NCBI GenBank assembly: GCA_965649765.1
Contig: OZ287752.1
Coordinates: 56,668,001-56,732,000, forward strand
DNA length: 64,000 nucleotides
Direction of reading: 5' to 3'
Source of the DNA: Bispira polyomma
Lineage: Eukaryota
In this document: positions 54,101 to 64,000 of the stretch, in pieces
Layout: each line of letters starts with the position of its first letter
Position numbering within the stretch: position 1 is the first letter of the stretch
The notes under the pieces: generated by a model
What the model was told of the DNA's origin: nothing
What the model saw: only the letters and a program-made list of their open reading frames with translations
Database searches by the model: none
Program-made: the position numbers and the translations under genes

Positions 54101-56304
54101 CCTCTATTATCCGAACTTCTGTTATCTGGATATTTTATTTCATGAATTGATTTCCACTCTCTTGAACTTATGTTTTCCTTTTTTTTATATACTGAAATGC
54201 CACTTCTATTTTATGAATATTCTATTATCCAAACAAAATCCTACTCACACAATATGTTAGAATAATAGAAGTTGTACTGTATATATGGTTCTTAAAGACT
54301 GTAGAGTGGGATTTATAAGACGAGTAATGATAAAAATTGAAATTATAGATCAAAGTTCTCTGAATACAAACTTCCGTTATTTCAATATTCCGTTTTACAG
54401 AATCATTTTTACTATCTCTCAAATTTACATTTTCTATACTTTTGTACTAATATTAACACCTGTTATATTTTATATCACATCTGTTGTCTAAACTCAAGTA
54501 TTATTCATCCAGTATGATTGGATGATATAGGTTCTGCTGTACTTTGTGTTCATTATAGATGTTGTAAATGTACAACATCTTGCGCAACTTATAACTTGTA
54601 CAAAATCCTATCTTGTACACAACATATACAGTTGAACCCCTTTAAGTCGAACCTCAAGGGATCAGTAGAAATACCTCTACTTAAGCAGGATTTCCACTTA
54701 ACAGGGTAGATTTTTGAAGAAAAGGCTTTTGTGGGACCATAAATTTTGCTCCATATAAAAGGAAAATTGAGTTAACAGAGTTCTACTTGAAGGGGTTTGA
54801 CTGTACATCATTTTTCAATACTCTGGAGGAGGGCGACAGTAAGCACGTTCAGCCATTCAGTTTACGTATTTGCAGGTGAGTACCATCACTACTGAACAGG
54901 AAGTGATGGCATTCTCATGTTATACTAGACAGGCTCACAGGTATTTGTATTTTATCCCTTATCCACCATACATGCATGAATTCATTATGATTCCACTATC
55001 TGAATTGGACCAGTCTTCTCTGTGTAAATGTCAGCACCAGTATCTATTTACAAAGTCAAACTGCGCTAATATAATTCTTAAGGCAAAAGGACTTTAATAA
55101 AGTCTAATGCTATAGCATCGGTGGATGTACTATTCATCCCTAAAAATGGTGACAGGCTAATCTCAGAAGTGGTTGGGAGCTGTGGTCTCAAATTTGACAC
55201 ACAGACATAGTCTTTTTGTTTTTGTATGTACTGTAAACTTGTGTTAGTTTCTGATAATACAAGCCCTGTTTTCAGCTCTACGTATCCAAGGACTTCTGTG
55301 TGAACTGGCAGTTGGTTGCCAGGCATGTGACTCCACGCTTCAGCTGGGGAGTGCCCAGCTTACAGGATGACCAGAATGTGATTTATGCAGAAGTGGAAGA
55401 CATTGAGTCAGGTGTGTCAGTGTTATTCATTCAGTCAGCAAATCTACTGGAATCCAGGGCCCATATTCTTTAAATATCAACAGTTTAGACCCATGCTCAA
55501 AGCCTGAAGTCCTAATCTCCCTTTGGGTAGATTAAGGTTGGGTAAGATCTCACTATATAAATGAATTCAGCACTGAAAGCTCTATTATGTAGTGAATCGT
55601 CACACAAGTATGTGAAGGTTTATATCTATCCACAAGGATGTCCACAAAGCCTTCATTTGGGTTTAGTCTGAATTTGAGCTAGAGTTAGTTGGTTTTGGGT
55701 TTTTATTGGGGGGAGGGGGAATATATAGCTTCGAGGTTTCTATAAGTAGAACCAGTATAGCCCCAAGGTTTCTATAACCAGGACCAGTATCTCTCTAAAG
55801 TTTCTATAACCAAAACCAGTATAGCTCCGAGGTTTCTTAAAGTGGAACCAGTACAGCTCTGAGGTTTCTATAACCAGAACCAGTATAGCTCCCAGGTTTC
55901 TATAACTAAAACCAGTGTATCTTTAAGGTTTCTGTAAGTAGAACCAGTGAAGCTCCAAGGTTTCTATGACTAGAACCAGTATATATCCTAGGTTTATGTA
56001 ACCAGAACCAGTATATCGCCGAGGTTTCTATAACTAGAACCAGTATAGCTTAAAGGTTTCTATAACCAGAACCAGTATAGCTCCAAGGTTTTTATAACTA
56101 GAACCAGTAAAGATTCAAGGTTTCCATAACAACTATGACCAGTAACCAGAACCAAGTTTGGCTACCCACATTCAATAACACTAGTTCTAAATTAGGTGTC
56201 AGTAGAAGACTAGGACTTAGCCATAACTAGAGCTAGTACTGCCACTAATAGGCCAAAAGTGGAGCCGAATATCGCTTGTTATTACTGACAACATATCGGT
56301 ACTG

Positions 56305-56343
<39 letters not shown>

Positions 56344-59300
56344 TTCTATTTTAAATGATCCATTTCGATAAATAGTAAGGGAGTCTCTCTTTAATATCTT
56401 TATGTTGTTAAGGTGTCAAACCAGTAAAATGTAGTTGGTGCTTACTGTTTTGTGTACAAAGAATTCTGGTACTGCAGTAAACAGGACAAAAAAAGGAAAA
56501 TGCGGGCAAAATACCACAAAAAGATGATTAATGGTTGGATTTTATTCAATTATCAAAAGTTTCTTGGTTTATTGGCAGAATCAAACCTTTAAAATATTTT
56601 CCAATATCACTCACAATGACTGTGCAGACCAATTCTTAGATCATAACGAATGTCCTGGCAGTACTAACTAGAACTAAGTCCTATGTAAATTAGACATTCT
56701 ACTGATGCAGAATTTAGTGTATATCTAGTCTAATACATATGAGTATTTATTATCCAGGTGGTTATCGTTACTGCAATATGTAGTCTAATACATACGAGTT
56801 TGTATTCTCCAGGTGGTTATCGCTACATGTCTTTCAAACCAACATATGGAGATGACAACACCACATCGGATGGATGGATTGGACTTATTGATGTGGATTC
56901 TTTTCTTTTAATCGGGAAATATATATTTGTACAGGTAAATATCACCCCTCTCCTGTTCCAGATAAAATAAATTACAGACTAATTAAAAAGTTACAGATTT
57001 TTGCCTGCTGAACTGTGTTTCATGACAATAATGTGTTTGTGGAATTTATTGCAAATTAAATGGTCACATGTATTGATTCTTTTGATAAAACAGTTGTGAT
57101 TTTTCTTTTAAAACAAACCTTTGTACATAAATAAAAAATTATCCACTTTCTAAACATAAAGTAAAGCACTGTTTAAAAACTTTGTATAATTATTTGTTTA
57201 TCATACACAATGATTCGTTAATACACATTAAAAAGTGGGCTATTGTATATTATTACACATATCAAACATTACCTGTATCCCAAATATCAAACATTACCTG
57301 TATCTCACATATCAAACATTACCTGTATCTCACATATCAAACATTACCTGTACATCCCGTATCAAACATTACCTGTATCCCACATATCAAACATTTACCT
57401 GTTTCCCACATGTTTCAGAAAACGTCAGGCCTTGACACAGCCCTGTATGTATCCTACGAGAGAGGAGAATTTAAGAAGGCTTATTTCCCACTAGATCAGC
57501 ACCCCTTGGTAAGATTGTGGCACATTTTGTTCCCTTTAAAAAATATTTTTGTTGAAGATCAAAGCAGTGATATTTCTGTGTATAAATTTGGTACAAAGTA
57601 CTATTTCATTGTTTTGTTCTTTTAATGTAATCAGCATTTGTCTCCGGAAATTGGTGAGATTTTCATCTAGCTAAAATCTCCACCATTATGTGGTGTAGTT
57701 GTATACTGCTTATTAAGGCAGAACCGACATCAGTCGATTGCTCACGACCGGCAGCGATTAATCAATCTTTCAACCACTGATGCATCACAGATGTTAAAAA
57801 AGTCTTCTTATCAAACTTCCATGTTACTATAGTGAGATTTGTTAAATATACAACAGGAATTTTACATTTCTTGGTGAAATAATTGTTTATTTTTATTGTT
57901 CCCTTTAATTTCTCAGAGGCAAAAAAAGTAGATTTTAAGTAATAAATTTTGCATTACAATTACAAATATACTAAGTAGCAACTTCATTTCTACTGATGCT
58001 AGTGAAGTACCACAAATATGTAGTTTGTGATAAATTCATTATCGGTGAACCAAAATCAGTTCATGATCACTTAATTAGAAATTACTTGTTGGTGCTATAC
58101 CATCATTGTGTTGGTAATAGTGTTGGTAATTAGTCTGCTTCTAACAGCATGTACTGATAACCTACATACCACTTCCTGTAAACATTAAACAGAATCAAAT
58201 TTAATAGTGCACCAATAAAACTACCTATAATAATAAAAAGTATTAAAAACACCAGGATATTGCATTTAAGGTAGATATTTGTTGAATAATCGATTAAATA
58301 ACTTTTAAGTGATCACAACATTGAAGTGTCACCAATGATGAATTGACCCATCCATTAGATGGTAAGTGACTCCCAGCTGTACTGTTCAAATATGGTGTGT
58401 TAACTGTGTTTTAGGACTTTACAATAGTGAATGCTGATCAAGACCAAATCTTTCTGTTAGCCGGTCATAAGGAAGGCCATGTGAATCTTTACCTGTCTGA
58501 TAAGACTGGGCAGTTTTACACCATATCCCTGGACAATGTGGTGTCCATTAACCTAATGGGCAAAGGGGTCAGTGGAGACGTGTATGAGGTATGTCAGCTG
58601 TACATCTGAAAGAGAATAGCCTTATAGTCTTTGTATTGTAGTGGTGGAACAATTGTCGGAAAATGTCGATGCATCAGTCGAGACAGCTTACAATATCAAA
58701 TATCGATCCTCCCATGTCATCAATCGATTAATCACAAAATACTTTTCCGAATTTGAACTAATAGATATTTTGAGGTTTTCTTATGATTTAAGATAGTTTT
58801 TAAATCAAATAAAGCAATTTTGGCCACTTTTATATTTGTTTTCGTTTGCAGCCATGTTTACTGGAAGTCATATAGGTTAGCAGTTGATACTAAATGTCGA
58901 ACGTTTGATTTTGACCAATTCTTACCCAATCACAATATATTTGGCTTGGGATGACAGGATAAGTAACTTAATACTTTATTACAATGAAATTATGTTAATA
59001 ATCAATTTCATGTCGATTATCGGTGGGAAAATTAAGCAATTTATCGACCTCTAGGTACAGACGATTTCCCAACACTATTGTATTGGTCTCCATGGCCTAG
59101 CGGTTAGTGTATCAGATTTTTGGATCTTAGGGATCTTGATGGGTCCCGGTTTGATCCTCATTGCAGTTCTGGAGGTTGTACCCTTGGACATGGTACTTTA
59201 ACACAAAGTTGTCCCCCTCTACCCAGGTGTAGGAGACGACCCTCCAATCACTAGACAAGTCCCCACTGGGAGTTGAACCAGGGATCTTCTGATCACCAGA

Positions 59301-62300
59301 ATAACTCACCAGACCGCAGATTTAATTCCTTGTATTCGTTTGGAGGGGGCATTATTCTTTCACTCTGTCCATCCGTCTGTCCGTCTGTTCATCCATGGAC
59401 AACAGATAACACAAACTCAACAGTTATGTTGCCTTCATATTGGAGTAGGTCATTCATATTGGGTATCAAATAGATATGACCTTGACTTTTGTGTTCTTAC
59501 ATTTCCAATTATGATGTAATTTCTTGTATATCCCTGCTCTTCGTAATAGTTTATTCCATAATAAAAGTCGGAAAGTCCACAAAAATTCCTATAAGCTGTA
59601 AATGTTAAATAATAAGCTTATCAATTCATTATTGTAGAGTATCACCTCTATCATCCAAACTTCTATTCTCTGAACATTCAATTCTATGACCTCATTTATT
59701 GTTTTGTATAGACTTAAATTTATGAACCTTTTATTATCTTAACATAATATTGCTGTCTCAACATTCTTTGCATATTAGAGATTCTTCTATATTAGATATT
59801 TTTATACCCCGGCGGTGAATTAAGCAATCCTATTGGTTAAAATGCTATCATGTGACATAACATATTTCCCGATATGGCCCGGGAGTCAGGGGCCATATCA
59901 CTGCAGCAGGTCATATCACTGCAGCAGGTCATATCACTTGCAAAGTTTAGCAAGCACCATCGGCGGTAATATTTTAGAATTTTAATAATGGATCCATTTA
60001 TTTAATATATATAACTTTAAATTACATCAAAACTAGTACTTAAAGCCATTTTATTAAAATTATTGCTAATGTGCTGAAAACCCCTACAATCTTCGCAGGA
60101 GTTAGGGGTGCTACTAAACCACGGAGCTCAGCGAATATATACATTGGGTCTCTAAAATCTCTTTTTGAAAGACCACTGAGTATCTTTATTAAAAATTCTC
60201 AAAAATGCTTTAGTTTAATAAACAGAATAAAAGCTGTTTGTGAGGGCTATACTGGGATATAGGCACCCGTGGTCAGGCCAATATTGCTCCAGGGCCGTCA
60301 ATATTTAACCTGTAAAGTATAAAGTATTTATGCTGCTGATACATATGTTTTCAAAATACTGTTATGGTCATAATGCCATTATTCATACCATTGTTATATT
60401 ATTTTTACATACATGTACTTTAAACATGGAAATTATTGATGTATATTTAATTCATGGAGTATATTAAAAATGAACAAAAAAATAATTGATTTAAAAAAAT
60501 ATCCATGTTTTATAATGTTTATAAATATGTGTCGACTAGTATTATGATCTGATCGGTATTTTGAACGCTCGTGTAGTGTTATAACATTTTTTTAGCATAT
60601 GTGAATACATGTAGGAGTTTATATTGTCCAAAACTTTCTGCATAGTATGGTATTGTATTTTGAATTTTTAACGCGCCTTATTGATGCTAGGCATCTCCTA
60701 AAGTGCAACAACAGAAAGGCAAACCTATAGAGAAGTCCAAAAACATAGCCACGGTCGTAGAGAAGGATGTAGGGGTTACGAGGAGGGAAACTATGGGGGA
60801 TAGGCAAGATTAACCGTTTAACTAATAGTAGTATCTGTACTATGTTTAGGTTAAAAGTGTGCATGGAACATACTTAGCCAATCAGCACACCAGTGGAAAC
60901 CCACGCACACTGATCACCCACAATATGGGAGGGATTTGGTCCCCAATACCTACACCAAAAGATGTGGCTGAATGCAAGGTTAGTAGAATTGATGTCACAT
61001 TGTACACAAATCATCTTAATCCTGTCACCGAGGTAGGAAAATTTGCCATGTACTGAAGGAAATTCACAGTATGCACAGGTGGCACTTGCTTCGGCCTACC
61101 CATGGCCACGGCCTACCCTTCAAATTACTTCGATATTTACATTGCCTTTGTATTAATTTTACTCAGTGGCCAAGGGTAGGCTATACGCTGAAGCCAGCGC
61201 CAGCTGTGTAATAGTATGAGTAAAATGTGCAGCTCAAGGAGTGCATTATATTAAATCAACCATTATGGTCCAACATCTGGTAGATATTGTAAATACTTCC
61301 CTTGCTGATAAGGGCCCAGGTGTTTTAGGGATGAGTGTAAGACTTATACCTCTGTGTTATCAAAACATTAAAAACTAAATGCACTATTTAAATGGTAGAG
61401 ATCAGTGGTTTAAATCCCACAAACCACTCAGTAAAGACTGGCAAGAGTGACTAGACCAGTGCAGTAGAACCTCTACTTTACAGACATCTTGGGAGAGTGA
61501 CAATTTATTTGGATAATAGAATGTCCGTAAAATAGAAGTGGCATTTTAGTATAAAACAATAGGAAACATAAGTTTAGGAGAGTAAAATTGAGTCCGTAAA
61601 ATCTAATATTCGGATAATAGAGGGTGGGATAATGGAGGTTCTACAGTAGTTGACATCACATTGACATCATTTAGTGCATGTGGTGTCTAGGGACATGCAA
61701 AATGTTATTGCCTACCAACAAATGACATTCAAATCATTTGAGCACAGTCAGGCATACAGAGTGCAGAATTGAGACCTTGCCATGTTTTGAACTATAGACT
61801 AGTAGTTGTAGTTGACTTATATACACAGAAGAGCTGAGGAAAGTGCTCATTTTAACATGTTAATGCGTCTTATAGTATGAGCACATTGTGTATGTTGTTC
61901 AATATAGAAAATCAAGAACAATGGTCCTGGTTCAAACAACTTGTACTAGTAAGCCTGGCATTTTAGGGATTTGTGGGTAACATGTCTGCCTCAGTGTAAA
62001 CAAAACCAACTATCACTATCTGGAGCATTACAACAGGGAACAGATTTGAATTCTAGATTGCTGAGGTAAGGTGTATGTGAAAGATATATTTGAAGATATC
62101 TTCTTTTATTAGCTGATATGTACAAACTTGAGTGGAACAGTGAAGCTTTCTTTGTCTGGGCTCATATTCATATATTCTTACTTCTTTAATATTAGCCTCA
62201 ATCAATTTGATTGACTGAAAATATTGTTTTACAGAATCTGATTGGTTTAGACTTGTATTCTAATAATGTTTGTGAATATGGTGCCAAGTAATGTACTGAC

Positions 62301-63366
62301 AAACAACATTTTAGCCTTTCTAAGTTGAATCTCGAGGGAACAAAACAAATGCTGCTACTTAAGCAACATTTCCACTAAAGTGGATAGATATTAAAAGAAA
62401 ATCTAATTTCCAAGCCTTTGTAGGTGCAATGTCTTCACCATAAGAGTAAATCATCGCACAAACAAAATTTAAAATGAGGGTCATAAAAGGGACAGTAATT
62501 CAGGAAGATGTGATCGTAGATGAGGGAGCCATTAATGGGACCTCAAAAAATAAGGGGAAATTGACTCTAGCAGACATTCTGCATAAAAGGTTGTTCAACT
62601 GTAGCTTTTGTTAAATATGTACTTTTAGGATAAGAAGTGTGGCCTTCACCTTCATTTACAGACCAGTAGTATCTATCATAACAGAGGTATGCCCTTGTCT
62701 GAGAAGAATGCTGCAGGACTTATCCTGGCGCATGGTAAGCTCATCCAAATAATATGTCCCCTTTTAGGGGGCGAGATTCCTTATAAGCATTTTGTTTGAC
62801 GGAATCGTGAAAAAACTATAGAGTGGAGCCCTATATTAAAATGTTGTAACAGCAATTGTTACCTATGTCTGTCAGCATGCAGTCACCACCTCCCCCCCAA
62901 AAAAATACCAGAAGTAGTTTGTGGTGTGTGTTTTAATGACTATAGCAATCTGTAACCTATTGTTGAAAAATCTCTTTTGACTTCCAGTATCAAAAGTGTT
63001 AATGATAAATCCTCCATAAATATTATATGGCAACACCGAATATAAATTTTAGGTTTGTTTGTGTACTTTGTTGTCCATAATTGTTTTTAAGTATCTGTTG
63101 GGGTTGTGAATACCATTGCTAGTTTTGGTGAATTCTTTGGGTGATGTTGCCAAAACGAATAAAGTATTTTTGCTCATTATTTTTTTTTCAGGAGTTGTTG
63201 ACACAGAGTTAAAGACAGACAAATCCTCACTATTTATCTCCAGAGATGGTGGTCTTACGTGGAAGGCCACTGATCTGCAGGGAGATTTTGCGCTGAATAT
63301 CCTGGACCAAGGAGGTGCTGTAGTGGTGGTCAATATGACAGGGACTAACCTGCAGAAAGAGCTCTG
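50909..63366 (+). CDS. VPS10-domain receptor (SorCS/SORL1-like), 5' part, 11 exons, continues beyond the window
   Basis: Exons 50909-51190, 53070-53134, 53505-53613, 53885-54046, 55276-55411, 56813-56934, 57419-57508, 58415-58588, 60850-60978, 62629-62734, 63192-63366 are all GT-AG and phase-compatible. Signal peptide, propeptide ending RQRFVR, HNQAVLHWSG motif, Asp-box repeats (RSDDYGSTF, KTDDEGHTY, VSKDFCVNW, LSDKTGQFY, ITHNMGGIW, ISRDGGLTW), CGLHLH and AAGLILAHG motifs. Confidence 0.93.
53070..53134 (+). CDS. VPS10 receptor exon 2
   Basis: AMFMLTRKREFNGSVYESVTYR; phase 0-2. Confidence 0.88.
53505..53613 (+). CDS. VPS10 receptor exon 3
   Basis: SDDYGSTF Asp-box ... YYVSPVDANK; phase 2-0. 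Confidence 0.9.
53885..54046 (+). CDS. VPS10 receptor exon 4
   Basis: IFKTDDEGHTY ... LLFHP ... LLAYD; phase 0-0. Confidence 0.92.
54629..54803. mobile_element. Tc1/mariner-type MITE
   Basis: TA|cagttgaacccctt ... aaggggtttgactg|TA; a similar CAGTAGAACCTC element lies at about 61461-61646. Confidence 0.75.
55276..55411 (+). CDS. VPS10 receptor exon 5
   Basis: LYVSKDFCVNWQLVARHVTPRFSWG; phase 0-1. Confidence 0.9.
55725..56130. repeat. 32-bp minisatellite, about 12 copies
   Basis: Unit about aggtttctataaccagaaccagtatagctccn; period checked at 55734/55766/55798/55830. Confidence 0.93.
56813..56934 (+). CDS. VPS10 receptor exon 6
   Basis: IDVDSFLLIGKYIFVQ; phase 1-0. Confidence 0.88.
57255..57411. 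repeat. 25-bp minisatellite, about 6 copies, abutting the exon-7 acceptor
   Basis: Unit about catatcaaacattacctgtatc(t/c)ca. Confidence 0.93.
57419..57508 (+). CDS. VPS10 receptor exon 7
   Basis: LYVSYERGEFKKAYFP; phase 0-0. Confidence 0.9.
58415..58588 (+). CDS. VPS10 receptor exon 8
   Basis: NLYLSDKTGQFYTISLDNV ... DVYE; phase 0-0. Confidence 0.92.
60850..60978 (+). CDS. VPS10 receptor exon 9
   Basis: VKSVHGTYLAN ... TLITHNMGGIWSPIPTP; phase 0-0. Confidence 0.92.
62629..62734 (+). CDS. VPS10 receptor exon 10
   Basis: CGLHLHL ... SEKNAAGLILAHG; phase 0-1. Confidence 0.92.
63192..63366 (+). CDS. VPS10 receptor exon 11
   Basis: LFISRDGGLTW ... ILDQGGAVVVV; phase 1-2. Confidence 0.92.
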
Positions 63367-64000
63367 GTCAGTGGAGGCTACTTGTAAAAATGTGTCATCA
63401 GCAAAATGTTTTGTTTTTTTTTCATTCTAAATTGAACAAAACCTGTGGTACCCCAAAAGGCTTTTTCCTTAAAAAGTTTACCCTGTTTTTAACTGGCTGT
63501 TAAGTAGAACTTCACCCCTAAGTGAAGGTCTCTCTGCCATTCTTGCATAGTGTGGCAACACAGAGGACCTAGGTTTGAGCCCAATCTAGGATGGCCAAGT
63601 ACAGGCAGATAAATAGTGGCTCACATGGGTAGTACACTGTTGGAGGAAATCAGAACATGGTAGTTGTTTTCTAACATAGCTATTTCTCAGAGCCATGCAA
63701 ACCCATTGACCAACATAATAACTTAAGAAATCTCAATATAAAAAAAAAAAAAAACTTACCAAAATTAAATCAGAGATAAACCTCACTGTTGATGGCCAAC
63801 AAAAATAATGAAGTAAACATAGGATCAAGTGACCCTTTTGGCGGGAGGACGGACTACTATATATACACATTGGCTGGTTAAGGTAGTGCTATACCTTAAG
63901 TTTTGCATGTCCGCATTTTCGAATGAGTTGGATGGCTCCAACAAATAGCAATGTTAGGAAATGGTTAGTATTTCTAATCAAAATTTAAATTACAACAAAA

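Noticed and set aside
55725-56130. Regular 32-bp repeats superficially like a CRISPR array
   Set aside because: Head-to-tail units without unique spacers, no cas genes, located in a eukaryotic intron; it is a minisatellite.
57182-57625. Repetitive ORFs in three frames
   Set aside because: Produced by the 25-bp minisatellite; only 57419-57508 is coding.

Overview
AT-rich, intron-containing animal (probably invertebrate) genomic DNA with one short N gap. The ORF track misses most real genes because they are split by introns, so I assembled exons by hand from splice signals and frame continuity. (1) Two head-to-head, 5-exon genes encode about 230-aa secreted, predicted alpha-helical proteins with no recognisable name. 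Gene A is on the minus strand (5745-11103, 228 aa, intron phases 1-0-0-0); gene B is on the plus strand (20918-37958, 233 aa, phases 1-0-0-1). Size, signal peptides, helix spacing and exon/phase layout match long-chain class-I four-helix cytokines (IL-6/LIF/G-CSF/GH type). A possible third secreted-protein gene runs off the left edge. This candidate cytokine cluster is the main finding, but the fold is inferred, not shown. (2) A dynein light chain roadblock (DYNLRB) gene with an intronless CDS lies at 44683-44982 (-). (3) The first 11 exons of a VPS10-domain receptor (SorCS/SORL1-like) run from 50909 off the right edge. The rest is degenerate L2/CR1 LINEs, a decayed PIF/Harbinger transposon, MITEs, tRNA-derived SINEs, minisatellites and a (TA)n-centred palindrome.
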